From NCBI GenBank assembly GCA_034521815.1, contig JAXHLW010000013.1, forward strand, positions 384,001 to 448,000: a stretch of DNA of 64,000 nucleotides, given 5' to 3'. Position 1 is the first letter of the stretch. Every line of letters starts with the position of its first letter. A model generated the notes under the pieces. The model was not told where the DNA came from and did not search any database. It saw only the letters and a program-made list of their open reading frames with translations. The position numbers and the translations under genes were made by a program. This DNA is from Trueperaceae bacterium (GTDB lineage: Bacteria; Deinococcota; Deinococci; Deinococcales; Trueperaceae). This document shows positions 20,505 through 31,948 of this stretch, in pieces.

Positions 20505-21468
20505 GGGATGGCTGGACGGACTGGCCGAAGGGGTCGTGCGGGTCCGGGACGGTCGCGTCACGCACCTGAACGCAGCCGCGTCGTCCATGCTGGGCGCCGA
20601 TCCGGACCGGTCGGTCGGGTTGGCGCTCATCGCCGTCGTACGCGATCACCGGCTGGAGCAGGTCTGGCTCGACGGGGATCCGCAGGAGCTGACCGTTCGC
20701 GGTCGCAGGATCGAGGCGGTCCGGATCGAAGGTGGGCTGGCGCTACGCGACGTGACCGCGGTACGTGCGGCTCGGCAGGACGCGCGGGAGCTGCTCGCCG
20801 TGCTCTCGCACGAGCTGCGGACGCCGGCGACCACGATCCGGTCGACGCTCGAGGCGCTTCAGTACGACGACCTGCCGGCCGCTACGCGGCGTCGGCTGCT
20901 GCTCCGAGCGGGCGAGGAGGCCGACCGCCTGGTCCGGCTGCTATCGGACCTCACGGTCGACCTGCGTCCCCCGCGCGAGCGTAGCGTGGTCCTCGCCGAC
21001 CTGCTCGAGCGCGCGTGCTTCGTCCTGGCCGCCCGGCTGACCGAGCACGGCGTCCGGGTCGAGAGGCACGTCGGAGAGGTCCACGTCTGGGCCGATCCCG
21101 ACAAGGTGATGCAGGTGCTCGTGAACCTGATCGAGAACGCGGTCGTGCACGGACCGGACGACGCCGTGGTGGACGTGCTGGCGGAGGAGCGCGACGGAAA
21201 GGTCGCGATCCGCGTGCGCGACCGGGGCGAGCCGCTGGACGACGAGCGCTCGGCTCGGCTGTTCGAGCCGCACGCCAAGGGCACCGCGAGTCAGGGAGGC
21301 GGAACGGGTCTGGGACTGTACGTGGTGCGATCCATCGCCGAGCGCTGGGGCGGGTCCGCTTGGGGTGCCCGCTGGCACGACGCGGACGGGGCCGAGGGTG
21401 CCGGTGGAGAGGGCGCCGGCGGAAACGAGTTCGGGGTCCTCGTCCCGGCCGAGCGACCCGGCTCCTGA
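20485..21468 (+). CDS. phoR: PhoR-like sensor histidine kinase (no evident TM)
   Basis: PAS-like N-terminus, H-box LSHELRTP, N-box NLIENA, DRGEP, GTGLGLYVV. Confidence 0.82.
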   Translation: MPNATAEGWLDGLAEGVVRVRDGRVTHLNAAASSMLGADPDRSVGLALIAVVRDHRLEQVWLDGDPQELTVRGRRIEAVRIEGGLALRDVTAVRAARQDARELLAVLSHELRTPATTIRSTLEALQYDDLPAATRRRLLLRAGEEADRLVRLLSDLTVDLRPPRERSVVLADLLERACFVLAARLTEHGVRVERHVGEVHVWADPDKVMQVLVNLIENAVVHGPDDAVVDVLAEERDGKVAIRVRDRGEPLDDERSARLFEPHAKGTASQGGGTGLGLYVVRSIAERWGGSAWGARWHDADGAEGAGGEGAGGNEFGVLVPAERPGS

Positions 21469-21493
21469 TCGAGCGACCCAGCGAACGCCAGCG

Positions 21494-22342
21494 TCACGGT
21501 CGGGCGTCGCTGCTCCTCGCGGCAGACGCCAGCTCGGCGGGCACCCTGGGGGGCGTCTCGACGCGCTTCGGACGCGACGTCCGACGTAGTGGCCGAGGCA
21601 TGCGGGCCGGCGTCAGTGCGCGTCTGCGCTTCGTCCGCGCCGTGGAGCGCCGCAACGGACGCTGCCAGCGCACGCCGTCGTCGCTCTGGGACCCGGTGAT
21701 TCCGCGCGCGGCGCCCGGCGCGGCACCTCGCCACCACCTGGGCGACGGGAACGCCGTGAACAGCGCGCTCGCCAGCACGCCGGTCACGACCGCGTCGTCC
21801 GTGGTCAGCAGGGCGGCCAACGTGGCCGGACCACCGAGCGCTGCCCACGCCGCGAGGCCCAGCGTGGCCGTCGCCAGCGACCAGCCCAGCAGCACCGCCA
21901 ACGGCGCCGCGAGGCGGTGCCGGCGCGGGGACGGCGCGATGGCGATCCATCCGACCGCCGCGAGCTCCAGGGCCAGCAGCGCGTCGGCGCCGTGGAGCGG
22001 CCACTGACGCGCCTCGACGGCGGCGAACGCCAATCCCGCCAGCGCGCCCACGGTCGGCCCGTAGCCCAGCGCCAGCAGGTAGAGCGGCAGCCGGCGAACG
22101 CCTTCGAGCGGCCAGCCGCTCTGGATCGTGGCGCCGATCCGGTCGCCCGCCGCGGTGAGGGCGACGGCCGCCACGATCGCCAGCGCCAGCGCGATCCAGG
22201 TGGCCGGGCGTCCGAGTGCGCGAACGTCTCCGCGCGACCAGCCACCCAGCAGCGAGGCGAGGGCCAACACGGCGGCACCCAGCAGCGCGTAGCGCACCAG
22301 CGGATCCGGTCCCGCCCTGGCGACGATGTCCAGGAGCGTCAC
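21494..22342 (-). CDS. Membrane protein with ECF S-component-like helices
   Basis: About six hydrophobic segments; PLYLLALGYGPTVGALAGLAFA; basic C-tail; GTGA overlap with the upstream glycosyltransferase. Confidence 0.6.
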   Translation of the reverse strand: MTLLDIVARAGPDPLVRYALLGAAVLALASLLGGWSRGDVRALGRPATWIALALAIVAAVALTAAGDRIGATIQSGWPLEGVRRLPLYLLALGYGPTVGALAGLAFAAVEARQWPLHGADALLALELAAVGWIAIAPSPRRHRLAAPLAVLLGWSLATATLGLAAWAALGGPATLAALLTTDDAVVTGVLASALFTAFPSPRWWRGAAPGAARGITGSQSDDGVRWQRPLRRSTARTKRRRALTPARMPRPLRRTSRPKRVETPPRVPAELASAARSSDARP

Positions 22343-23244
22343 AGGTCCGCCCCGTCCTCGCCCAGCGGCGGCCAGCGATCGGGAAAGCCGGGCGCGTCGT
22401 CGGCGAGGGTCGCGCCGAACGGCGAGGCATCGAACGTGCCGCGTCGCATCATCCTCTCGACCGCCGCCCAGCTCGCTCTGCGTCGCGGCGGCCCGAGGCG
22501 CGCCAGCGTGACCGCCCAGGCCCAGACGGCCGCTCGCTGAGCGGCGCTGCGGACGGGCCCGTGGTGTCGCCGCGCGACGACCATTCCGCCACGGAGCCCC
22601 TCGACCAGGAACCGTCCCGCGTCCGGCGTGGAGCTACCGCCCAGGTGCACGGCCTCCGCGCCCACCAGCCGGCATCGCCAGCCTCGGGTCCGCACGCGAA
22701 GGCACCAGTCGAGGTCCTCGTTGCCGAACCGCAGCGTCGTGTCCATCCCACCGGCGTCCCGGACCGCGGCCACGCGCGTGGCGAACAGGCAGCCCGACAG
22801 CCAAGCCACGTCGCGCACGGCGTGCGGTCCGCGCCCGTCGAGCGGCGCGGTCGCCCAGCGGTAGGGAACGCCTTGGTCCTGGAGGCGACCGTCGGGCGTC
22901 CGCACCAGGGGCCCCACGGCCGCGACGTCCGGATCGTGGAACGGCGCGGCCATGGCGGCCAGGGTGTCCGCGCCCACGTGGACGTCGGCGTTCATCACCG
23001 CGATCAGCGGACCGGCAGCGCGCACGAACGCCTCGTTCACCGCGGCGGCGTAGGAGTGGTTCTCGGTGGGGACGAAGCGGGCGCCGGGATGGGTCTCGTG
23101 GACCAGCTGCGCGGTGTCCGGCTCCGGAGCGGTGTCCAGCACGCGCACGGGCACGTCCGGGGCGTGCCGCGCCAGCCGCGCGAGGCAGCGGCGCAGCACC
23201 TCCGGCGTTCGATGGTGAACGACGACGACCTCGGAGATCCGCAC
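22339..23244 (-). CDS. GT2 family glycosyltransferase (WbbL-like)
   Basis: VVVVHH, ENHSYAAAVN, MNADV, WLSGC, GGMD...EDLDWC.R, VHLGGSS. Confidence 0.88.
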   Translation of the reverse strand: MRISEVVVVHHRTPEVLRRCLARLARHAPDVPVRVLDTAPEPDTAQLVHETHPGARFVPTENHSYAAAVNEAFVRAAGPLIAVMNADVHVGADTLAAMAAPFHDPDVAAVGPLVRTPDGRLQDQGVPYRWATAPLDGRGPHAVRDVAWLSGCLFATRVAAVRDAGGMDTTLRFGNEDLDWCLRVRTRGWRCRLVGAEAVHLGGSSTPDAGRFLVEGLRGGMVVARRHHGPVRSAAQRAAVWAWAVTLARLGPPRRRASWAAVERMMRRGTFDASPFGATLADDAPGFPDRWPPLGEDGADL

Positions 23245-23306
23245 GTCGTCAGGCTAGCCCAGCGCGGGCCATGAAGGTCTCACGCGCGCGGGCTAGCCTG
23301 CGCCAC

Positions 23307-24206
23307 GTGACGAGCTCCCCCCGCAGGATCGGCGTCGCCTTGGGCGGCGGAAGCGCGCGCGGCTACGCGCACATCGGTGCGCTGGCCGCGCTCGAGCGGC
23401 ACGGCCTGGTGCCCACGGTGCTGGCCGGAACCAGCTTCGGCGCCGTGGTCGGTGCGCTGTACGCGTCGCGCCGTAGCCCCGAGGAGCTCGAGGCGCAAGC
23501 GGCACGGCTCCGGCGGCGCGACGTGCTCCCCAGCGTGATCGACTTCGGGCTGCACCGTGGCGCGCTTTTTCGCGGTCGGCGGCTCGAGCAGTACTTCGAT
23601 CGCCTTCTCGAAGGTCGGTCGTTCCACGACCTCGACCGCACCCTGGTCGTGACCGCCACCGACGCGGACAGCGGCGAGCGGGTGGTGCTGGACCGGGGCC
23701 CGTTGGCGCCCGCGCTGAGGGCGTCCGCGTCGCTGCCGGGCGTGTTCGCGCCGGTCGAGATCGACGGGCGGCGCCTGATCGACGGCGGGATCGGGGCGCC
23801 GGTTCCGTTGGCCACGCTCGACGCGTTCGAGCTCGATCTTCGGATCGGGATCGGCGCGGGCGCCGACGCGGACGACTCGGGCACGATCCGCGCCGTCCGG
23901 CGAGCGCTCGAGCATCCGTGGGGCCGCCGCGTGCACGCCGCGATGGGCCGCGCGGGGCCGGGACAGGCGGGCGCGCTGGTGCGGGCGCTGGCCTGGACCG
24001 TCGAGGGCTATCGCGCGGCGGTGGAGCTTCACGACGCGCCGGGGCTGCACGTCCACACGCGTCCTCCGATCCACTGGCTGCGCTTCGACCGCGCCGAGGA
24101 TGCGATCCGGGCCGGCGACGGCGCGCTGGAGCGGGCCGCACCGGCGCTGTGGGCCGCGCTTACAGGATCGTCTTTCCCAGCAGGCTTGCCGCCATCTCGA
24201 CCATGA
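23307..24206 (+). CDS. Patatin-like phospholipase
   Basis: GGGSARG, GTSFG nucleophile, ASASLPGVF, IDGG. GTG 7 nt after TAGCCT. Confidence 0.9.
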   Translation: MTSSPRRIGVALGGGSARGYAHIGALAALERHGLVPTVLAGTSFGAVVGALYASRRSPEELEAQAARLRRRDVLPSVIDFGLHRGALFRGRRLEQYFDRLLEGRSFHDLDRTLVVTATDADSGERVVLDRGPLAPALRASASLPGVFAPVEIDGRRLIDGGIGAPVPLATLDAFELDLRIGIGAGADADDSGTIRAVRRALEHPWGRRVHAAMGRAGPGQAGALVRALAWTVEGYRAAVELHDAPGLHVHTRPPIHWLRFDRAEDAIRAGDGALERAAPALWAALTGSSFPAGLPPSRP

Positions 24207-25044
24207 TCTCGGCCGTCCGGTTCCGCTCGTCCAGGATCGGGTTCACCTCGACCAGATCGAGGCTGGTGACGCGGCCCGTGGACGCCAGGATCTCCATCAG
24301 CAGGTGCGCCTCGCGGTAGCTGAGGCCGCCGGCGACGGGTGTGCCGACGCCGGGCGCGATGACGGGGTCCAGGACGTCCGCATCGAACGACACGTGCAGC
24401 CTCGGCAGGTGCGCCACCCTCGCCACCGCCTCGGCGGCCACCTCGGCCATGCCGCGGCGGTCGACGTCGGTCATCGTGAAGGCGGTCATGCCGGCTTCGT
24501 GGATCCAGCTCCGCTCGGACGGATCGATCGAGCGCAGTCCGATGTAGACGACGTCCTCCGGCCGGACCACCGCTCCGCCGCCCCACACGCCGGTCAGCCG
24601 CGCGTCGCCGTGCCCCAACAGCGTCGCGACCGGCATGCCGTGCACGTTTCCGGACGGACTGGTGTCGGGCGTGTTCAGATCCGCGTGCGCGTCGATCCAC
24701 AGCAGGCCCGTCCTGCCGGTGTCCGCCACGCCGGCGACCGTTCCCATCGAGACCGAGTGATCGCCGCCCAGGAAGATCGGCAGGGCGTCCGGCGGCAAAC
24801 CGCGGGCGGCCCGGTAGGTGCGGGCGCAGGCGTCCGCGATCGCGTCGGCGAAGGGGAGGGCGTCCGGGCTGGCCGTCGCCTCCGCCACCGGGACGTCGAC
24901 GTTGCCGCGGTCGGTCAAGACGTGTCCTAGCGCCTCGAGGGCGGGCGCGAGTCGGGCCAGGCGCAGCGCGCTCGGGCCCATGTCGACGCCGCGTCGTCCG
25001 GCGCCGAGGTCCATCGGGATGCCCAGCAGGTGGATGTCGGCCAT
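24160..25044 (-). CDS. rocF: Arginase
   Basis: GAGRRGVDMGP, GGDHS, WIDAHADLNT...SGNVHGMP, SFDADVLDP..APGVGTP, VEVNP. Confidence 0.93.
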   Translation of the reverse strand: MADIHLLGIPMDLGAGRRGVDMGPSALRLARLAPALEALGHVLTDRGNVDVPVAEATASPDALPFADAIADACARTYRAARGLPPDALPIFLGGDHSVSMGTVAGVADTGRTGLLWIDAHADLNTPDTSPSGNVHGMPVATLLGHGDARLTGVWGGGAVVRPEDVVYIGLRSIDPSERSWIHEAGMTAFTMTDVDRRGMAEVAAEAVARVAHLPRLHVSFDADVLDPVIAPGVGTPVAGGLSYREAHLLMEILASTGRVTSLDLVEVNPILDERNRTAEIMVEMAASLLGKTIL

Positions 25045-25069
25045 GCCCGCATGATCGCACGGCCGCGCG

Positions 25070-26605
25070 TCAGCGGCCGTCCTCGGGCTCGTGCCAGTGA
25101 CGACCGACCGCTTCGAGCATCTCGTACGCGGCGTCGGGACCGCGGCTGCCCGCCTCGTACGGGTGCGGCTGCGCGTCCCCGTCGGCATGCTCCAGCAGGG
25201 GCTGCACCACCCGCCACTGGGCCTCGACCTCGTCCGCGCGCATGAACAGCGTCGCGTCGCCCAGCATGGCGTCGAGGATCAGCGTCTCGTACGCGTCGGG
25301 CGGGGGTCGCTCGAAGCGACCCTCGTACGCGAAGTCCAGGCTCACCCGCCCCAGGCGGATGCCCTGTCCCGGACGTTTGGCGTTGAACAGGAAACGGATC
25401 CCCTCGTTCGGCGTCACGCGAAGCACCAGCCGGTCGGCCTTCAGGTCGGTCGGAAGCTGGAACGGAATGTGGGGAGGCGTCTTGAAGCGCAGCACGATCT
25501 CGCTGGCCTTCTGCTCCAGGCGCTTGCCGCTGCGGACGTAGAACGGCACGCCCGACCAGCGCCAGGTGCGCACCTCGAACGGAACGGCCGCGTACGTCGC
25601 CTGCGTCGAGGACGGATCGACGCCCTCCTCCTCGCGGTACCCGGGCATGCCGTCTCCGGCGGCGTACTGTCCGAACACCGCCTGCTCGGCGTTCGGACAG
25701 GTCATCGCGTCGAACACCTTGACCTTCTCGTCGCGGACCGGGTCGGGCTCCCAGCGCGAGGGAGGCTCCATCGCGACCAGCGCGAGCAGCTGCAGCAGGT
25801 GGTTCTGGAACACGTCCCGGACGACGCCGGCCTCCTCGTAGAAGCCGCCCCGCCCTTCGACGCCCATCGGCTCGGTCATCGTGATCTGGACGTGATCGAC
25901 GTAGCGGTTGGACCAGATCGGCTCGAACAGGGTATTGGCGAAGCGGAGCACGGCGAGGTTCTGCGCCGTCTCCTTGGCCAGGTAGTGGTCGATGCGATAG
26001 ATCTGGCTTTCGTCGAACGTCGTCCGCAATCGGTCGTTCAGCTCGCGGGCGCTCCGCAGGTCGTGCCCGAACGGCTTCTCGATCACCAGGCGGGACCAGC
26101 CCCCTTCGGGAGGATCGGCCAGCCCCGCCTCGGCCATGGCGTTCGCGATGCCGGCGTAGGTCGCGGGGGGCGTCGCGGTGTAGAAGAGCCGGTTCTCCAG
26201 GCCGAGCCGGTCCAGCAGCGTCCCCAGCTCGCGGTGTCCGGCCGGATCGTCGTACCCGCCTCGCACGTAGTGCACGCGCTGGGCCAGCTGGTCCCACACC
26301 TCGTCGTCGACCGGTCCGTCCGCCTCGTCCACCGCCGCACGAAAATCGGCGCGCAGGCTGTCGTCGTCGCCCTCGCTTCGGGCGTAGCCGACGATCCTGG
26401 TGTCCGGGTGCAACGCGCCGTCGCAGTGGAGCGTCCACAGCGCCGGCACCAGCTTGCGGTGCGCCAGATCGCCGGTGGCGCCGAACACCACGAAGGCGCA
26501 GGCGTCGGGGCGCGGGCGGGCAGGCGTGGCGCCGGCGTCCGCGTCGGATGTGGGCGCGACGTCGCCCTGTGAATGATCGTCGGCGGCGGAACCGGGATCG
26601 CTCAT
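25070..26605 (-). CDS. zwf: Glucose-6-phosphate 1-dehydrogenase
   Basis: FGATGDLAHRKL, IEKPFG, RIDHYLAKE, RDVFQNH, WSGVPFYVRSGK, AYETL. ATG 7 nt after TATCTT. Confidence 0.94.
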   Translation of the reverse strand: MSDPGSAADDHSQGDVAPTSDADAGATPARPRPDACAFVVFGATGDLAHRKLVPALWTLHCDGALHPDTRIVGYARSEGDDDSLRADFRAAVDEADGPVDDEVWDQLAQRVHYVRGGYDDPAGHRELGTLLDRLGLENRLFYTATPPATYAGIANAMAEAGLADPPEGGWSRLVIEKPFGHDLRSARELNDRLRTTFDESQIYRIDHYLAKETAQNLAVLRFANTLFEPIWSNRYVDHVQITMTEPMGVEGRGGFYEEAGVVRDVFQNHLLQLLALVAMEPPSRWEPDPVRDEKVKVFDAMTCPNAEQAVFGQYAAGDGMPGYREEEGVDPSSTQATYAAVPFEVRTWRWSGVPFYVRSGKRLEQKASEIVLRFKTPPHIPFQLPTDLKADRLVLRVTPNEGIRFLFNAKRPGQGIRLGRVSLDFAYEGRFERPPPDAYETLILDAMLGDATLFMRADEVEAQWRVVQPLLEHADGDAQPHPYEAGSRGPDAAYEMLEAVGRHWHEPEDGR

Positions 26606-26670
26606 GGTCACGAAGATACCAGCAGCCTCCGGGCTCGGTGGCTCCAGGCCAGGCGGGGCCTCCGTGGTAG

Positions 26671-27930
<1,260 letters not shown>

Positions 27931-27940
27931 AGGCGCCCGC

Positions 27941-28912
27941 TCAGATCGCCAGGATCGATGCCAGCTCGAACAGCTGCTCGTCGATCGCTTTGTGGTTCTC
28001 CCACACGTCGGCGAGCTCCACGAACACGTTGCCGCGCTTGTCGACGCCCACCATTTCGCCCGTGCGTCCGCTCAGCAGCCCTTCGACCGCCATGTAGCCG
28101 AGGCGCGACGCCAGGACGCGGTCGCGGGTCGAGGGACTGCCGCCGCGCTGGATGTGGCCGAGGATCGAGGTCCGCACCTCGAAGCCGCTTCGTTCCTCGA
28201 TCGCGCGTTGCAGCGCCATCGCGCCACCGGGGAACGCGCCTTCGGCGACGACGATGATGCTGCTGGTCTTGCCTCGTCGCTCGGCCGCGACGAGCAGGTC
28301 GGCGATGTCGCCGACGTCGGCGTGCCGCTCGGGGATGAGGATCGCCTCGGCGCCGCCGGCGACGCCGACGTTCAGCGCGATGTGGCCCGAGTTGCGTCCC
28401 ATCACCTCGACCAGGAACAGCCGGTCGTGGCTGGCCGCGGTGTCCCTCAGCCGGTCCACGCCGTCCAGAGCGACGTTCAGCGCGGTGTTGAACCCGATCG
28501 AGACGTCGGTCCCGTAGATGTCGTTGTCGATCGTGGCCGGAACGCCGATGACCGGGAGGCCGTGCTCGTCGTGCAGCTTCGAGGCGCCCCGGAAGCTGCC
28601 GTCGCCGCCGATCACGACGAGGCCCTCGATGCCGTGGCGTTCGAGCGTCTTCACGGCGATCGCCCTGCCTTCGGGCTCGACGAACGGGGCGGAGCGGGCG
28701 GTGCGCAGGATCGTGCCCCCGCGCTGGATGATGTTCGCGACGCTGCGCGCGTTCAGCTCTTCGACGTCGTCGTCGACGAGCCCCTGGAAACCGCGGTAGA
28801 CGCCCGAGATGCGCGCGCCCCGCGCGATCGCGGTGCGGACCACGGCGCGGATCGCGGCGTTCATGCCGGGGGCGTCGCCACCGCTGGTGAGTACGGCGAG
28901 ATGCTTCATCAC
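27941..28912 (-). CDS. pfkA: ATP-dependent 6-phosphofructokinase
   Basis: TSGGDAPGMN, GGTILRTAR, IGGDGS, TIDNDI, EVMGR, LGHIQRGG. TATACT-6nt-GTG; ATG at 28909 is an alternative start. Confidence 0.95.
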   Translation of the reverse strand: MMKHLAVLTSGGDAPGMNAAIRAVVRTAIARGARISGVYRGFQGLVDDDVEELNARSVANIIQRGGTILRTARSAPFVEPEGRAIAVKTLERHGIEGLVVIGGDGSFRGASKLHDEHGLPVIGVPATIDNDIYGTDVSIGFNTALNVALDGVDRLRDTAASHDRLFLVEVMGRNSGHIALNVGVAGGAEAILIPERHADVGDIADLLVAAERRGKTSSIIVVAEGAFPGGAMALQRAIEERSGFEVRTSILGHIQRGGSPSTRDRVLASRLGYMAVEGLLSGRTGEMVGVDKRGNVFVELADVWENHKAIDEQLFELASILAI

Positions 28913-29008
28913 CGGCGCAGTATAGCCACGGTGCGCGCGCACACCGGGTTCCGAGGTGCAAGGACGTTCATCCCGAATGCGACCTGGCCAGGAATGCCAT
29001 GATGCCGC

Positions 29009-30157
29009 ATGGACTTCGTCAGCTTGAGCGACGGCACGCTCGGGGAGCGCCGCGTGGCGTTGACCCCGACCGTGACCAAGCGGCTGGTCGACCTGGGCGC
29101 GAACGTGCGCTTGGAGCCCGGTTACGGGGCCGAGGCCGACCTGTCGGACGCCCTCTACGAGAAGGCGGGTGCGACGTTCGCGTCGCGGGACGAGCTGCTC
29201 GCGTCGGCCGACGCGCTGTTGTCCCTGAACCCCCCCGAAGCGTCCACGCTTCGGGAGCTTCGCGATGGCACGATCGTGATCTCCTTCTTCGATCCCTTCC
29301 GCCGCCAGGAGCTGGTCAGGACCGCACGGGACGGGGGGCTCTCGGCGCTCTGCCTGGAGCTCGTGCCGCGAACCAGCTACGCCCAGAAGATGGACGCGCT
29401 CTCGAGCCAGGCCAGCCTGGGCGGGTACGCGGCGGTGATCACGGCCGCCGACCGGAGCGGCAAGTCGTTCCCGATGATGAGCACGCCGGCGGGCACCATC
29501 CCACCGGCCCGTGTGTTCGTCGTCGGCGTCGGCGTCGCCGGTCTTCAGGCGATCGCCACCGCGAAGCGTCTGGGCGCCCGCGTCGACGCCTACGACACCC
29601 GCCCGGTCGTCGCCGAGCAGGTGCGCTCGCTGGGGGCGAAGTTCGTCGAGCTCGACGTCGGCGAGACCGGCCAGACCGAGCAGGGCTACGCCAAGGAGCT
29701 CACCGCCGAGCAGCTCGCCGAGCAGCGCCGCCAGATGGCCAAGGTGGTCGCTGGCGCCGACGTGGTGATCACGACCGCGCAGCTGTTCGGCCGGCCCGCG
29801 CCGCGCATCGTCGACGCGGCGATGGTCGCCGGCATGCGACCCGGCAGCGTCATCGTCGACATGGCCGCCTCGACCGGCGGCAACGTCGAGGGCAGCGTGC
29901 CGGACGAGGAGGTCGTCGTGGACGGCGTCCGGATCGTCGGGCTGTCCAACTTGCCGGGTCTCGTGGCGCGGGACGCCAGCGAGATGTACGCCTCGAACCT
30001 GTTCGCCCTGATCCAGCACGCCTGGGACACGGAGGCGTCGACGCTGAAGCTCGATCCGGAGAACGACGACGTCGTGGACGGCTGCCTGCTGACGCACCGG
30101 GGGACGGTCCGCGACGAGCGCGTCGCGGCCGTGCTCGAGGAAGGAAGCTCCGCATGA
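29009..30157 (+). CDS. pntA: NAD(P) transhydrogenase alpha subunit, domain I
   Basis: ERRVALTP, AQKMDALSSQ, GVGVAGLQAI, ITTAQLFGRPAP, DMAASTGGN. Confidence 0.93.
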   Translation: MDFVSLSDGTLGERRVALTPTVTKRLVDLGANVRLEPGYGAEADLSDALYEKAGATFASRDELLASADALLSLNPPEASTLRELRDGTIVISFFDPFRRQELVRTARDGGLSALCLELVPRTSYAQKMDALSSQASLGGYAAVITAADRSGKSFPMMSTPAGTIPPARVFVVGVGVAGLQAIATAKRLGARVDAYDTRPVVAEQVRSLGAKFVELDVGETGQTEQGYAKELTAEQLAEQRRQMAKVVAGADVVITTAQLFGRPAPRIVDAAMVAGMRPGSVIVDMAASTGGNVEGSVPDEEVVVDGVRIVGLSNLPGLVARDASEMYASNLFALIQHAWDTEASTLKLDPENDDVVDGCLLTHRGTVRDERVAAVLEEGSSA

Positions 30158-30429
30158 TCCTGCTCATCTTCGTCTTCGTGCTCGCCATCTTCCTCGGGGT
30201 GGAGCTGATCACCAAGGTGCCCAGTCAGCTGCACACGCCGCTGATGTCCGGCTCGAACGCGATCAGCGGCATCACGATCGTGGGCGCCCTGATCGCGGCC
30301 AGCAGCGATAGCGCGCTGGGGACCGCGATCGGCGTGGCGGCCCTGATCTTCGCGACGATCAACGTCGTCGGCGGCTACCTGGTCACCGACCGCATGCTCG
30401 GCATGTTCCGCGCCGGGAAGAAGGAGTAG
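30154..30429 (+). CDS. NAD(P) transhydrogenase alpha subunit part 2 (membrane)
   Basis: KVPSQLHTPLMSGSNAISG...INVVGGYLVTDRML; ATGA overlap. Confidence 0.92.
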   Translation: MILLIFVFVLAIFLGVELITKVPSQLHTPLMSGSNAISGITIVGALIAASSDSALGTAIGVAALIFATINVVGGYLVTDRMLGMFRAGKKE

Positions 30430-30432
30430 GCG

Positions 30433-31815
30433 ATGCCTGCCGTCGTTCAGCTCGCCTACGTCGTGGCCGCGGTTCTGTTCATCCTCGGTCTCAAGCTCCT
30501 CGGTCGCGCCGACACGGCTCGGCGCGGCAACATGATCTCCGCCGGCGGGATGCTGGTGGCCGTCGTCGCGACGCTGTTCGCGGGCGGAATCTCCTGGCTC
30601 TGGATCGTCGTCGGCCTCGCCATCGGCGCGGTCGTCGGGGGGGTCGCCGCACGCATCGTGAAGATGACGGCGATGCCCGAGATGGTCGCGCTGTTCAACG
30701 GCTCGGGCGGTCTCGCGTCGATGGGCGTCGCCTGGGCCGAGTGGGTCCAGCAGCCCGAGCGGGGCGTCGGAACCGCCGCCGCCATCGCCGCGGCGGCGAT
30801 GATCGGTGCCGTCGCCGCGTCGGGCAGCGTGATCGCCTGGGGCAAGCTGGCCGAGAAGCTTCCCGGTCGGTCGATCCGCCTGCCCGCCCAGCAGGTCTGG
30901 ACCATCGGCCTGACGGTGCTGGGGCTGGGCATGGCCGTCTGGTTCGTGTCCGGGTCGTCCGCGTCCTCCGCCGGCCTGGCGTTCGCGGTGGCCGCCGTCG
31001 CCGCCCTGGTGCTGGGGGTGCTGCTGGTGCTGCCGATCGGCGGCGCCGACATGCCGATCGTGGTCAGCCTCCTGAACGCCTACTCGGGGCTGGCCGCCTC
31101 GATGGCCGGCTTCGTGCTGGGCAACAGCGCCCTGGTGGTGGCCGGCTCGCTGGTCGGCGCGTCGGGCTTCATCCTGACGAACATCATGTGCAAGAGCATG
31201 AACCGCAGCCTGGCGAACGTGCTGTTCGGCGGGTTCGGCGGCGCGCCCGTCGAGGGTGGCGCCGAGATCACCGGCGAGGTCAAGCCGATCACCGCCGACG
31301 ATGCGTATTACATCCTGGAAGCGGCCTCCAACGTCATCGTCGTGCCGGGCTACGGCATGGCGGTCGCGCAGGCGCAGCACGTGGTTCGCGAGCTGGCCGA
31401 GATGCTCGAGAAGAACGGCGCGGAGGTCCGCTACGTCATCCACCCCGTGGCGGGCCGGATGCCCGGACACATGAACGTGCTTCTCGCCGAGGCCAACGTT
31501 CCCTACGAACAGCTCGTCGAGCCGGGGGACGTGAACCCGACGATGGAGATGGTCGACGTGGCGATCGTGATCGGCGCGAACGACGTGGTGAACCCGGCCG
31601 CGCGCGAGGACGCCTCCAGTCCGCTGTACGGCATGCCGATCATCGACGTCGACCGGGCGCGGACGACGTTCGTCCTGAAGCGCTCGATGAACCCCGGCTT
31701 CTCCGGCGTGCAGAACCCGCTGTTCTTCAAGCCGAACACCCGGATGCTGTTCGGGGACGGCAAGGCGACCGTGAGCCAGCTGGCCTCGGAGTTCAAGGAG
31801 GCGCTCGAGGGCTGA
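30433..31815 (+). CDS. pntB: NAD(P) transhydrogenase beta subunit
   Basis: [56 protein letters not shown]. Confidence 0.95.
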   Translation: MPAVVQLAYVVAAVLFILGLKLLGRADTARRGNMISAGGMLVAVVATLFAGGISWLWIVVGLAIGAVVGGVAARIVKMTAMPEMVALFNGSGGLASMGVAWAEWVQQPERGVGTAAAIAAAAMIGAVAASGSVIAWGKLAEKLPGRSIRLPAQQVWTIGLTVLGLGMAVWFVSGSSASSAGLAFAVAAVAALVLGVLLVLPIGGADMPIVVSLLNAYSGLAASMAGFVLGNSALVVAGSLVGASGFILTNIMCKSMNRSLANVLFGGFGGAPVEGGAEITGEVKPITADDAYYILEAASNVIVVPGYGMAVAQAQHVVRELAEMLEKNGAEVRYVIHPVAGRMPGHMNVLLAEANVPYEQLVEPGDVNPTMEMVDVAIVIGANDVVNPAAREDASSPLYGMPIIDVDRARTTFVLKRSMNPGFSGVQNPLFFKPNTRMLFGDGKATVSQLASEFKEALEG

Positions 31816-31911
31816 GCGCCAAGCGGATCCGGATCGCGCGTCGCGGGCGCCGTGGCCGAAAGGCCCGGCGCCCGCGTCCGTTCCCCAGCGACCCGTGCAT
31901 GTAGCAGGAAA

Positions 31912-31942
31912 GTTGACAAAGACAGACTCACATTCGTACCAT
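31912..31942 (+). promoter_or_regulatory. clpB sigmaA promoter overlapped by a degenerate HAIR (HspR operator)
   Basis: TTGACA(31913)-18nt-TACCAT(31937)-6nt-ATG. GTTGACA-N7-ACTCACA versus HAIR consensus CTTGAGT-N7-ACTCAAG. Confidence 0.7.
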
Positions 31943-31948
31943 CGGGGC

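Noticed and set aside
23307..24206. Patatin as a CBASS or other defence effector
   Set aside because: No cyclase or defence genes nearby; it resembles the housekeeping RssA/NTE-type patatins.
24160..24206. 47-bp convergent overlap of the patatin and arginase 3' ends
   Set aside because: Stop-codon scarcity in GC-rich DNA commonly produces such overlaps.
29009..31815. Split pntA as a frameshift artefact or novelty
   Set aside because: The three-subunit (alpha1/alpha2/beta) transhydrogenase is an established arrangement, and there is a clean ATGA overlap.
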